Origin: Candidatus Latescibacterota bacterium
GTDB taxonomy: Bacteria; Latescibacterota; UBA2968
Assembly (NCBI GenBank): GCA_965205975.1
Contig: OZ242195.1
Location: 1,344,001-1,408,000, forward strand
Reading direction: 5' to 3'
Length of the DNA: 64,000 nt
The translations under genes and the position numbers were made by a program. Of the stretch, positions 38,313 through 47,974 are shown piece after piece (position 1 is the stretch's first letter; each line of letters opens with the position of its first letter). The notes under the pieces are model-generated. The model had not been told where the DNA came from, searched no databases, and worked only from the letters and a program-made list of their open reading frames with translations.

Positions 38313-40010
38313 TTATGGGGTAATTTTCAATAGTTCAGTCACTTCTTCTGATGTGCGGTATTTGCCGTCAAAGAGTTGGATGAGATAGAGTTGATAGGTC
38401 AGATAGCGGCTCAGGACGATTGTGTGGTCTTCACCCGCGAGGTGGCGTTGCCAGAGTTTGGAGGTGTTAGATGTGTTGTAGAGAAGATGGTCGCACAAAT
38501 TTTTACCCGGCGATTGGCGCAACCAATTTGCGTAATCGGCAAAGGTCTGGGGCGTGGGATTGTGCAATCGGGTGAGCCTCCGCAGGATTTTGACGGTCCA
38601 GGGTGAATGGGATATGGGTAATCCCGTGGCCTGATAGGGAATATTTTTAAAATATTCGGGAAAGGTATGGAGAAGCATTTGTCGGTAGAGACGATTGTTG
38701 GCTTTTTGTTGCAGGGGAATAGAATAGAGAAATTCCTGCACCTGATTGTCGAGAAATGGCAAGCGGTATTCGAGCCCGTGCAAAAGTCCCAGACGGGGGC
38801 CGTGCAGGGTGAATCCGCGCATGCGCCAGTCTATGTAAAAAGCATGTGCCGATCCCACTTTACTAAATGCAGTTTTGAGGTGTTGGGTCGTGTTGCGATC
38901 CGTCCGAATGTGTAGCTTATTTTTCAGGTACGCGGAGAATTTGTTGGAGGGAAATAGATGGCCAGCACCTGCCAATCCATCGCCTCCCGCTCCGTTGAGA
39001 CAGATATCACAGGCTTCTTTCTGTTGTTTGAGATGTTCAATGCCGTGCATATGGAGCAGATCGAGTGCGCCATCGGCATACCACACGCCTGAGATTCTCG
39101 GCAAGAGCCAATTTTGATCATCCAGGGGCAGGACGGTATGTGGCGCGTTTTTTACGGATGCTGCCTGGACTGCAATGCGAACATCCGCGCTGTCGGGGTG
39201 CCCGAACGTGAAAGTTCTGGGCGTGCGGGGCATGGCGGCGAGGATCGCACGCGAATCGAGGCCACCGCTGAGGGCGAGACCAGTTCGTCCTGTGGTTCTC
39301 TGTTCTACGGCAGTGCGAAAACGCGCGCCCAATTCATGTGCCAATTCGCGTTGGGTGTGATGCCCTGTGAGGGGAGCAATTTCATCCCAGGACCAGTAGC
39401 ACTGCTGTGTGAGGCTACCGTCGGAGATGCGAAATGTCATTTGCGTTGCAGCGGGCACGGGCGCGACGCCTTTGAGCCATGTGCGATCAGAAGGCAATTG
39501 TCCGGTAGAGAAAAACATGTCGCGGGAAATAGGATCGATCACAGGCGAAAATTCGGGAAGCGCGAGGAAGGCTTTGGTCTGAGACGCCCAGGCAATGCGA
39601 TTGCCCTGGCGCGTCCAGTAGAGCGGACGCAAGCCATAGCGATCGGTAATAATATGCAGTTCATTTTTCTGTGTATCGAAAACCACGCCGGAAAAAAGAC
39701 CATCAATGCGGTTCAAGGGTTCGCCTTCGCCCGTGATAGCCTGAACCAAAAATTCGGGGTCAGAGGTAGCAGCGCGAGTCAGCGCGACGCGGTTGAAAAA
39801 TTCGCCATCGAGATAGGCAATATGTCCCGATTGTGAATAAACTGGGGACACAGTACGCCAATCTGGCGCAAACGCGACGCCCGCAATGTGCGGGGCAAAG
39901 ACGATGCGGTGCGCTTTTTGATGTACGACAAGGCTATCTGCCATGTGCGTGAGCGAGTGGGTGAGTTCGCGAGGGGTAAGAGGCGATTGAGATACGAATC
40001 CGGCGAGCAT
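38313..40010 (-). CDS. asparagine synthetase-related protein lacking N-terminal Cys
   Basis: DRYGLRPLYW, LSGGLDSR PP-loop, GAGGD, RLPFLD. Confidence 0.85.
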   Translation of the reverse strand: MLAGFVSQSPLTPRELTHSLTHMADSLVVHQKAHRIVFAPHIAGVAFAPDWRTVSPVYSQSGHIAYLDGEFFNRVALTRAATSDPEFLVQAITGEGEPLNRIDGLFSGVVFDTQKNELHIITDRYGLRPLYWTRQGNRIAWASQTKAFLALPEFSPVIDPISRDMFFSTGQLPSDRTWLKGVAPVPAATQMTFRISDGSLTQQCYWSWDEIAPLTGHHTQRELAHELGARFRTAVEQRTTGRTGLALSGGLDSRAILAAMPRTPRTFTFGHPDSADVRIAVQAASVKNAPHTVLPLDDQNWLLPRISGVWYADGALDLLHMHGIEHLKQQKEACDICLNGAGGDGLAGAGHLFPSNKFSAYLKNKLHIRTDRNTTQHLKTAFSKVGSAHAFYIDWRMRGFTLHGPRLGLLHGLEYRLPFLDNQVQEFLYSIPLQQKANNRLYRQMLLHTFPEYFKNIPYQATGLPISHSPWTVKILRRLTRLHNPTPQTFADYANWLRQSPGKNLCDHLLYNTSNTSKLWQRHLAGEDHTIVLSRYLTYQLYLIQLFDGKYRTSEEVTELLKITP

Positions 40011-40160
40011 GAAAGTGCCTATTTGAATACCACCTGAAGTTTGTTCGAGATTAGATATAGTCAATATAAGTAAAACTCTACAATTTCTCTTTTCATTTTT
40101 CGCTTTTATAGGTACAATAAGACAGTCCTAATATCATCGCATTTAATCACAGAGGTCGGA

Positions 40161-41372
40161 ATGGCAGAAAAAAATTATAAGGTTCGCGCGGCGCATTGTA
40201 ATTGGCGGGCGTCGGAGGAAGAAATATACCAGACGTTGCGCCGCATTACAGACCCATTGCATCGGTCGTGGGAAAAGCTGGAGAAAGCCAATCGGATTGT
40301 GATCAAGTTCAATATGATGAAGCTACACAATCGCATTATTTACTACATGGGACGGCGGCGCGAGTTGGTCGATGACATGGTCGCACGCGCTGTTTTGCGT
40401 TTGTTGCGAGAACGAACCCGTGCGGAAATTATTGCGACGGATACCAATCCCTATACGCGCGACCATCTGATGGGTGAAGATTTTAATTACGCACATATTT
40501 TGAAAGAATACGATGTGGGGTTTGTCGATTCAAACGCGCCGCCGTTCAAACAATATGACGTGCCCGGCGGTGGATGTATGTTTGACCGCTATACGCTCAG
40601 CGCGTGTTTTGAAGGATCTGAGGTGGTTTCTGTGGCAAAGATGAAGAATCATCTGTTTATGGGGATTACGCTTTGCATGAAAAATCTTTTTGGCCTGCCT
40701 CCAATCACGCTACCACACGGCCGCGTGAGATCCTATTATCACCACTTTATCCGCCTGTCTTATGTATTGCCCGATTTGGGATTGATAACCCAGCCTTGTC
40801 TGAATATTGTGGATGCACTAACCGGACAATGGGGTAGAGAATGGGGCGGACAGGGGCGTATTTGCAATGCGTTATTAGCAGGTGACCATGTAACCGCTAC
40901 AGATGCTTGTGGTACTCATTTGATGGGTCACGACCCTGCGTCTGATTGGCCCAATCCGCCGTTTCGGCGCGACCGCAACCATTTGTTGATCGCAGACAGG
41001 CGCGGTTTTGGTACGGTTGATCTGAGGGAGATTGATTTTGAGAGCGAGGTATCTGCGCCTCTATCCGAGTTTGATTCAGAGCGTACAGACAGCGAGAAAA
41101 TTGTGGAAAGCTGGCGTCGCACCACCTGTGAACAGGCCCTGTTTTACCAGGATCGGCGAAGAGATATCGTTGGCCGGTATCGAAATGAATTTATCTTTTT
41201 GCAAGATGGCGATGTGGTCTGGCACGGTGCAGATCCCGCCAATTTGGGTAGCCGCAGGCAGTTGAGCGGACAGAAAAAGGATCAGGGGATGTGGCTCAAG
41301 TTGGTCGATCCCGAAGAAACCGAAGGCGAACGCTTTGAGACTTATGAGGCGTGTTTGAGGATGACGGGATAA
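40161..41372 (+). CDS. DUF362-domain protein with extra C-terminal domain
   Basis: VSVAKMKNHLFMGITLCMKNLFG, IVDALTG, D.TATDA..MG.DP. Confidence 0.85.
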   Translation: MAEKNYKVRAAHCNWRASEEEIYQTLRRITDPLHRSWEKLEKANRIVIKFNMMKLHNRIIYYMGRRRELVDDMVARAVLRLLRERTRAEIIATDTNPYTRDHLMGEDFNYAHILKEYDVGFVDSNAPPFKQYDVPGGGCMFDRYTLSACFEGSEVVSVAKMKNHLFMGITLCMKNLFGLPPITLPHGRVRSYYHHFIRLSYVLPDLGLITQPCLNIVDALTGQWGREWGGQGRICNALLAGDHVTATDACGTHLMGHDPASDWPNPPFRRDRNHLLIADRRGFGTVDLREIDFESEVSAPLSEFDSERTDSEKIVESWRRTTCEQALFYQDRRRDIVGRYRNEFIFLQDGDVVWHGADPANLGSRRQLSGQKKDQGMWLKLVDPEETEGERFETYEACLRMTG

Positions 41373-41397
41373 AATCCGCTGAGACAGTGCAATAGAT

Positions 41398-42129
41398 ATG
41401 GATATTTTGCGAACCGATACGGCCCATGTCTGGGCAGTGGATTTAGAGCGCGAGACATTTGACGGTCACATATTGGCCGAGACGCTATCGGCAGATGAGT
41501 GGATGCGTGCCGACAGGTTTCTCTTTGAAAAGCACCGAGCGCATTTTGTTGCCGCACGCGGATGCCTGCGCGCGATTCTCGCAAAATACATGGATTGTAA
41601 GCCAGGTGAACTGGCTTTTTTTTATGGTGAACACGGCAAACCCGCTCTGGCATCCCCGTGGGACAAATCCCAATTGCGATTCAATCTGAGCCATTCGGCT
41701 GGCCTGGCTCTTATCGCAGTTTCTCTGCGCTGTGACATTGGAGTTGATGTTGAGCATCTCAGTCGCAAGGTCGGCCAGATGCAAGACATTGCGAAACGTT
41801 TTTTTGCACCTGGCGAATACGAGCGGTTGTGCGCATTGCCGCGAGAAGAACAGCGTCGGGCTTTTTTTTGTTGCTGGACGCGCAAAGAGGCATATCTAAA
41901 AGCTGTGGGCACTGGTCTTGTTCAGTCATTAAAAAATTTTGAAGTCAGTTTGGGACACAAAGCAAAATTGTTGCGAATAAAAGAAGGCAATATAGATGAT
42001 TGGACGCTGCGACACCTCGAACCCGCAGAGGGTTATGTCGGGTCGGTAGCGATTGCGAAAAAAGATGTTGAAGTGAAGGTCGTGAAACACTTGTTGCGCG
42101 ATCTTTGTCTGAATAAGGGTGTGAGTTAA
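41398..42129 (+). CDS. Sfp-type 4'-phosphopantetheinyl transferase
   Basis: HGKP, FNLSHS, IGVDVE, WTRKEAYLKAVG.GL. Confidence 0.93.
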   Translation: MDILRTDTAHVWAVDLERETFDGHILAETLSADEWMRADRFLFEKHRAHFVAARGCLRAILAKYMDCKPGELAFFYGEHGKPALASPWDKSQLRFNLSHSAGLALIAVSLRCDIGVDVEHLSRKVGQMQDIAKRFFAPGEYERLCALPREEQRRAFFCCWTRKEAYLKAVGTGLVQSLKNFEVSLGHKAKLLRIKEGNIDDWTLRHLEPAEGYVGSVAIAKKDVEVKVVKHLLRDLCLNKGVS

Positions 42130-42161
42130 AACGCAGGGCTGGCTGTCCGATTCAGGAGCAG

Positions 42162-44390
42162 ATGATGGATCGTTTACTGGATAATGAACAAAACGGTAGT
42201 TTGAATTGGTTGAAATATGCTTTGCCCGAAGGCGAAGATGAACTTATCCGGGTGCAGACCGATCTGGATGAAAAAGGCGACTTCGGAAACCAGTGGGTAG
42301 TAGTGACGCGCAATCGCGTGCTGGTGCGACAAAATGGCGCAATAGCAGATATTCCGATTTCCGAAATTGAACTGGCGCGGACCGAGGCTCTGGTGGGCGG
42401 TGCGCGTCTGGAAATTCATCGTAAAAATAAGCCGACCATTCACGTTCCGTATTCCCTGACGCAGGCACAAAAATTTTCGGAGACCACGCGAGGGATTGAG
42501 CAACTGCGCAAGGGGCAAGAATTTTTTATCAATGCGCATCTGGATCGCACAATCTGCGAATCGTGTGGCCGACTATTGCCCGAAAAAAATGGGATATGTC
42601 CGGCGTGTTTGAACAAATTTGCAACGCTGGGGCGCATTGCATCGTATTTGAAGCCGTACAAAATACGCGCGATTGTGCTGGCTCTGGCGTCTATTGTGGG
42701 AACGGTTGCCGAATTGATTCCTCCTTATGTGACCAAGCTCATTGTCGATGATGTGCTGGTGCTGCCCGAAGGCACAGAGGTACAGTATGACGAACGGCTC
42801 AGTTTGCTCGGCTGGCTCGTAATGGCTCTGGTGGGCATCCGGCTGATAACCTGGGGGGCAGAATGGGCGCACGGCTGGACAGTTACGTGGCTTTCCGCAC
42901 GGGTGACGGCGGATATCCGCAGCCAGCTTTACAGGCGTTTGGAATTGCTATCCCTGCAATTTTACGACAAACGGCAAGTTGGCGCAGTGATGTCTCGCGT
43001 GACGACGGATAGCAGTCGTTTACAGATGTTTTTGGTCGATGGATTGCCCTATCTGGTGATCGAGGCGATGATGTTGCTGGGGATTCTCGCCGCGCTGTTT
43101 ATGATGAGTTGGTCACTGGCTATTCTGGTGCTGATTCCCGTGCCGTTAATCATGATCTGGGGATATGCGTTTTATCGGCGGATGCGGAAATTTTTTACCA
43201 GTTGGATGCAGTCGTGGTCTGACACTATGGCGCGAGTCAATGAAGCGCTCACGGGCATTCGCGTGGTGAAGGCGTTTGCACAGGAAAAGCAGGAAATCAG
43301 GGTGTTCAAAAGGCGCAATGATAAATTGACGCGCATCGGCATTACGACAGAGGTCAACCGGGGCATTTTTTACAAAACGATGACCCTGTTGACCGCGGCA
43401 GGCGTGATTATTGTGTGGTATTACGGGGGGCTGGAGGTGATCGATGGGGAGTTGACACTCGGCACTTTGATGGCTTTTTACAGTTATATGATGTTGCTCT
43501 ACGGTCCACTGGAATGGTTTGGGATGGTCAATTCGTGGATGACGCGCGCAATGGCCGGTGCTGAGCGCATTTTTGAGATTATCGACACGCCCTCCGAAGC
43601 GTATCAGGACCCCAATGCCGTGCCGATGCCCAATATTGAAGGGCGCGTGAAGTTTGATGACGTCACATTTGGATACGACAAGAGCAAGCCCGTGCTACAC
43701 GAAATCAACCTCGATGTCAAACCGGGGGAGATGATCGGGCTGGTGGGAAAATCTGGCGTGGGCAAGACGACAACGGTAAATCTGATTTGTCGGTTCTACG
43801 ATGTTGACCGCGGAAGCATTGAGGTTGATGGGGTGAATTTGCGCGATATACGGCTGGAGGATTTGCGGTCTCAAATTGGCATTGTGTTGCAAGAGCCGTT
43901 TCTGTTTTCGGGCAGTATTGCAGAAAATATCGGCTATGGCAAGCCGGGCGCGACATTCGATGAGATTGTGGAAGCGGCCAGGGCTGCCCATGCACACGAC
44001 TTTATCGTGACAAAGCCCGATGGCTACGATACGCTCATCGGTGAGCGAGGAGAATCGCTTTCGGGAGGTGAACGGCAACGCGTGTCCATTGCCCGGGCCA
44101 TTTTACACGATCCCAGGATTTTGATCTTAGACGAGGCCACGTCGTCTGTTGATGTGCAAACGGAAAAACGCATTCAAGATGCGGTTGTGCGCCTGGTCAA
44201 AGGACGAACGACTTTTGCAATAGCCCACCGTTTATCCACCCTTCGCAATGCCGACCGTCTGGTGGTGATGGATGCCGGACGCATTGTGGAAATGGGAACG
44301 CACCGAGAATTGCTGGAACAGAAAGGCATGTTTTACAAATTGGTGCAGATGCAAGAAGAGATTTCACAGATTATTGCAATTAAGGAATAG
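42162..44390 (+). CDS. ABC exporter (TMD+NBD) with N-terminal extra domain and Zn ribbon, paralog 1
   Basis: CESCGRLLPEKNGICPAC, GKSGVGKT, LSGGERQR, ILDEATS. Confidence 0.93.
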   Translation: MMDRLLDNEQNGSLNWLKYALPEGEDELIRVQTDLDEKGDFGNQWVVVTRNRVLVRQNGAIADIPISEIELARTEALVGGARLEIHRKNKPTIHVPYSLTQAQKFSETTRGIEQLRKGQEFFINAHLDRTICESCGRLLPEKNGICPACLNKFATLGRIASYLKPYKIRAIVLALASIVGTVAELIPPYVTKLIVDDVLVLPEGTEVQYDERLSLLGWLVMALVGIRLITWGAEWAHGWTVTWLSARVTADIRSQLYRRLELLSLQFYDKRQVGAVMSRVTTDSSRLQMFLVDGLPYLVIEAMMLLGILAALFMMSWSLAILVLIPVPLIMIWGYAFYRRMRKFFTSWMQSWSDTMARVNEALTGIRVVKAFAQEKQEIRVFKRRNDKLTRIGITTEVNRGIFYKTMTLLTAAGVIIVWYYGGLEVIDGELTLGTLMAFYSYMMLLYGPLEWFGMVNSWMTRAMAGAERIFEIIDTPSEAYQDPNAVPMPNIEGRVKFDDVTFGYDKSKPVLHEINLDVKPGEMIGLVGKSGVGKTTTVNLICRFYDVDRGSIEVDGVNLRDIRLEDLRSQIGIVLQEPFLFSGSIAENIGYGKPGATFDEIVEAARAAHAHDFIVTKPDGYDTLIGERGESLSGGERQRVSIARAILHDPRILILDEATSSVDVQTEKRIQDAVVRLVKGRTTFAIAHRLSTLRNADRLVVMDAGRIVEMGTHRELLEQKGMFYKLVQMQEEISQIIAIKE

Positions 44391-44396
44391 GTTCAC

Positions 44397-46676
44397 ATGA
44401 ATTACGCACCTGGAAAACCATTGATCGAAAAACTCCCCCCATCCGTGGCAAAGAAGCTGAGTGCGGCGAAGCCCAATGGCGAGACTGTGCTGATGCAGGT
44501 GGCAACGGATCTGGACGAATCCCTAAATTACAACCCGCAGTGGGTGGTGGTGACCGATCAACAGGTACTGGTGATTCCCGAATCGGGTGTAGATGGCACG
44601 CAGTCAATGGCGATTGGCGATGTGGAAGACGTGAAAGTGGAGGAGCGCGTGGGGTTGGGTGCTCTGGCATTGACGCACAAAGCGGGACCCGGAATGCATG
44701 TATCTTATTCGCCATCTCTTACCGCTGTGTTTGCCGAAGTGGCCGATGGGATTCGGCAGTTGATGGACAATGAGCCGCTAACGTTGCCCACAGAATTGGA
44801 ACAGACGCATTGCGAGAATTGTGGGCGGCGATTGCCCGAAAAAAATGGGGTGTGTGCTGCGTGTTTAAAAAAGTGGCAGACATTCCGGCGTATCGTGGGT
44901 TATATGGCTGCTTATCCCGTGCGCCTGGTGACGACCATAGCTCTGACATTTGTCAGCGCTTTATTTACGCTGCTGCCACCCAAAATTACGGAATATGTGA
45001 TTGACGGTGTTTTGACAACGGGCTGGGACGCGGTTACAATTCCATTAATTGAGTCAACAGATCGCCTTGATCGATTGGGGCTGTTGATCTTAGGGCTTGT
45101 TATTATACGGCTGCTAATCTGGGGCGTCGATGTGGTGATGGCTGCGCTGAGTCGATCGTTGGGGTTGCGCGCTATCGGTGATTTGCGGGAAGATCTCTAT
45201 CGCGCGTTTCAGATGGTACCCGTTCGCTTTTACGACCGGCGAAAAGTGGGTGCGCTGACGTCCCGCATGAATAATGATACGGACCGCATGGAAGTGATCA
45301 TGACGTATGATTTTTATTATGTGTTTTCAAACAGTTTGTTATTTGTCGGCATTCTCGGCTTTCTGGCGTGGATGAACTGGCAACTCACGCTGTTTGTGAT
45401 CGCACCTATTCCGCTAATTGTGCTTGCCGGTACGCGAATATGGTACCGCATTATGACATTCTGGACGCAGTGGTCGGGAAAGTGGGGCAGGCTATCGGCG
45501 CAGTTGAATGAGTCGATTCACGGTATTCGCGTTGTGAAGGCATTTGCACAGGAAGCAAAGGAGAGCGAGCGTTTTGACCAATACAACGAGGATCTGCGCG
45601 ATGTGGATACCCGGGGTGAACGGGCCTGGTTTGTTTTTTGGACCGTGACAAATCTATTTATGAATGTGGGTGTGTTTTTTGTATGGTACTTTGGCGGGCG
45701 GCAGATTCTGGACGGAGAATTGACGCTGGGTGCGTTAATCGCATTTATGAGTTATCTCTGGATGTTGTACCAGCCACTGCGCTGGTTCGGCGATTTTTAC
45801 AGTTATATTTTGCGGGCATTTGCAGGCGCGCAGCGCGTGTTCGAAGTGATTGATTCCGAACCTGAGCCTTACCAAAAACCCGATGCCGTGCGCTTGCCCA
45901 AAATTGAGGGCGGTTTGAAGTTCGAGTCCGTGTTTTTTGGTTATGACCCGGGCAAGCCCGTGCTCAAGGGGGTTGACCTTGAGGTGAAAGCGGGTGAGAT
46001 GATTGGGCTGGTGGGCAAATCGGGCGCTGGCAAGTCAACGCTGATCAATCTGGTGTGTCGGTTCTACGATCCCGACCGCGGGCGGTTGCTGGTGGATGGT
46101 GTGCCGATGACCGATGCGAATTTGCGCGATTTGCGATCCCAAATTGGGATGGTGCATCAGCAGCCCTTTTTGTTTGACGGCACGATTGCCGAAAATATCG
46201 CCTATGGCAAACCAGATGCGACTTTTGACGAGGTAATGCGCGCCGCAATCGCAGCCGAAGCACACGAGTTCATTGTCAAAAAGCCCGATGGTTATGATAT
46301 GCGAGTGGGAGAAAGTGGCGGGCGTCTCTCAGGTGGCGAAAAACAGCGGGTGTCTATCGCGCGGGCAATTTTGCACAATCCGCGAATTCTCATTCTCGAT
46401 GAAGCGACGTCTTCGCTGGATACACCGACCGAGAAGAAGATCCAGGTGGCGATTGCGCGTTTGGTTGAAGGGCGCACGACATTTGCTATAGCACATCGTT
46501 TGTCAACGCTTCGCAGCGCGGATCGGCTCGTGGTGATGGATGAGGGCAATATCGCCGAAGTCGGAACGCATCGTGAGTTGATGGATCGGGAAGGCATTTT
46601 TTATCGCCTGGTCAAGACACAGCAAGAGACGACACTGGATATGTTTATGACTGCGGTGGGGGTAGAGTTGGAATAA
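44397..46676 (+). CDS. ABC exporter (TMD+NBD) with N-terminal extra domain and Zn ribbon, paralog 2
   Basis: CENCGRRLPEKNGVCAAC, GKSGAGKS, LSGGEKQR, ILDEATS. Confidence 0.93.
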   Translation: MNYAPGKPLIEKLPPSVAKKLSAAKPNGETVLMQVATDLDESLNYNPQWVVVTDQQVLVIPESGVDGTQSMAIGDVEDVKVEERVGLGALALTHKAGPGMHVSYSPSLTAVFAEVADGIRQLMDNEPLTLPTELEQTHCENCGRRLPEKNGVCAACLKKWQTFRRIVGYMAAYPVRLVTTIALTFVSALFTLLPPKITEYVIDGVLTTGWDAVTIPLIESTDRLDRLGLLILGLVIIRLLIWGVDVVMAALSRSLGLRAIGDLREDLYRAFQMVPVRFYDRRKVGALTSRMNNDTDRMEVIMTYDFYYVFSNSLLFVGILGFLAWMNWQLTLFVIAPIPLIVLAGTRIWYRIMTFWTQWSGKWGRLSAQLNESIHGIRVVKAFAQEAKESERFDQYNEDLRDVDTRGERAWFVFWTVTNLFMNVGVFFVWYFGGRQILDGELTLGALIAFMSYLWMLYQPLRWFGDFYSYILRAFAGAQRVFEVIDSEPEPYQKPDAVRLPKIEGGLKFESVFFGYDPGKPVLKGVDLEVKAGEMIGLVGKSGAGKSTLINLVCRFYDPDRGRLLVDGVPMTDANLRDLRSQIGMVHQQPFLFDGTIAENIAYGKPDATFDEVMRAAIAAEAHEFIVKKPDGYDMRVGESGGRLSGGEKQRVSIARAILHNPRILILDEATSSLDTPTEKKIQVAIARLVEGRTTFAIAHRLSTLRSADRLVVMDEGNIAEVGTHRELMDREGIFYRLVKTQQETTLDMFMTAVGVELE

Positions 46677-46687
46677 GAGGTGCGCCT

Positions 46688-46714
46688 GTAGGGGCAGTGC
46701 CCCTGTGCCTGCCC
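46688..46714 (+). repeat. GTAG-type REP sequence
   Basis: GTAG followed by GGGCAG(T)GC-loop-GCCTGCCC palindrome. Confidence 0.7.
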
Positions 46715-46744
46715 GTTTAAGAGTAATTTTGATTGGAGATTTTG

Positions 46745-47314
46745 ATGGCTACGGATATGCTGGAGATGGAAGTGGAAGAGCTTAAAGAAAATGCAGAGGA
46801 ATGGAAGCCGATACCCATTGAGATGGTGCATCCCGAATCGGTTGACCCGCGTAAGATCCGCTTGTTTAAGGAGCCACAGTGGATTTTGCGGATGACGATT
46901 GAAGGGGATCGGTCCTATACCCGAGTGAAAGTAGTGCGGGCAGCACCTTTGACGGAACCGGATCGCTATTTTTGCATTCTGGATATCAAGGATGAAGCGA
47001 TCTGCATGATCAAGGATCTGGCTGATTTGCCAGAAGAGAGCCGGTCTCTGGTGTATGAAGAACTGGATAATCGATATTTGACGGCAGAGATTCAGAAAAT
47101 CGTGGCATTGCAAAATGAATATGGCGTGACGTACTGGACTGTCGATACAGACCGGGGCAGGCGCGATTTTGTCGCCAAGTCCGTCGCCGAAAACGCGCAG
47201 TGGCTGGGAGAGACGCGATTGATGATTTTTGATGTGGATAACAACCGCTTTGAGGTACCCGATATACGGGCGCTGGACCGCCGCAGTCAGGGATTGCTGG
47301 AATCGGTTGTGTGA
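46745..47314 (+). CDS. DUF1854-domain protein
   Basis: VVRAAPLTEPDRY, EELDNRY, YWTVDTDRGRRDF, DVDNNRFEVPD..LDRRS. Confidence 0.85.
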   Translation: MATDMLEMEVEELKENAEEWKPIPIEMVHPESVDPRKIRLFKEPQWILRMTIEGDRSYTRVKVVRAAPLTEPDRYFCILDIKDEAICMIKDLADLPEESRSLVYEELDNRYLTAEIQKIVALQNEYGVTYWTVDTDRGRRDFVAKSVAENAQWLGETRLMIFDVDNNRFEVPDIRALDRRSQGLLESVV

Positions 47315-47526
47315 CAATATCCCGCCAGCACACGCCTGCAGCAAGATCGTAAGCCGCTATGTTGCCCCGTGTGCTCAATTTCCGTATATTGATTTGGCTC
47401 AGGCAAGCATTTCCCCACCCCGTCGATTGGACGATGGATAAAGATGACCGGATACATGGTCTCATCAACTCTGGCAAGATGTCCGGTATCAACTGGATTT
47501 GGGAGTTCTGGAAAAGGATAGAATCT

Positions 47527-47811
47527 ATGAAGCCGAACAACGACAAAGCGATGGTTGACACCAAAACCATCGAGGCATCGGAGTTCAAGATCAAGTGTCT
47601 GAAGCTCATGGACGAGGTTGCTGAAACCGGCGAAGATATTGTCATTACCAGGAACGGCCGCCCGGTTTCGAGACTCGTGCCGTATTGGGAGAAGCCAAAG
47701 ACACTTTGGGGCATTGACCGCGGAAGATTCGAGATACTTGATGACATCATCGAGCCAATTGACGTGGAATGGGAGGCCGAAACCGGTAAAATGCGAGACG
47801 GTGACAAGTGA
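47527..47811 (+). CDS. Phd/YefM antitoxin (orphan)
   Basis: IEASEFKIKCLKLMDEV..G..IVITRNGRPVSRLVP; followed only by GTG-ATT-CTA-CTC (MILL, VapC-like start). Confidence 0.88.
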   Translation: MKPNNDKAMVDTKTIEASEFKIKCLKLMDEVAETGEDIVITRNGRPVSRLVPYWEKPKTLWGIDRGRFEILDDIIEPIDVEWEAETGKMRDGDK

Positions 47812-47835
47812 TTCTACTCGTACAATCGAGCTGCA

Positions 47836-47878
47836 AAGAGCATGCCCCGGCATTTTTGATGCTGGGGTGTTCTTTTTG
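47836..47878 (+). terminator. rho-independent terminator
   Basis: AGAGCATGCCCCGGCAT/ATGCTGGGGTGTTCT imperfect stem plus T-run. Confidence 0.65.
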
Positions 47879-47974
47879 GGGTGGGGTATCCTGTTCTTCC
47901 TTGCATCACTGGATAGAACCATTCCAGTGCAGGCTCTGCTTATCCTGATCCTTTTTTCTTGTCTGATCTTTCAC

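Noticed and set aside
38313..40010. Lasso peptide cyclase cluster
   Set aside because: No precursor, PqqD/RRE or B2 protease gene nearby
47315..47400. Possible integron attC-like site before the Phd gene
   Set aside because: No convincing RYYYAAC/GTTRRRY box pair, and no integrase in the window
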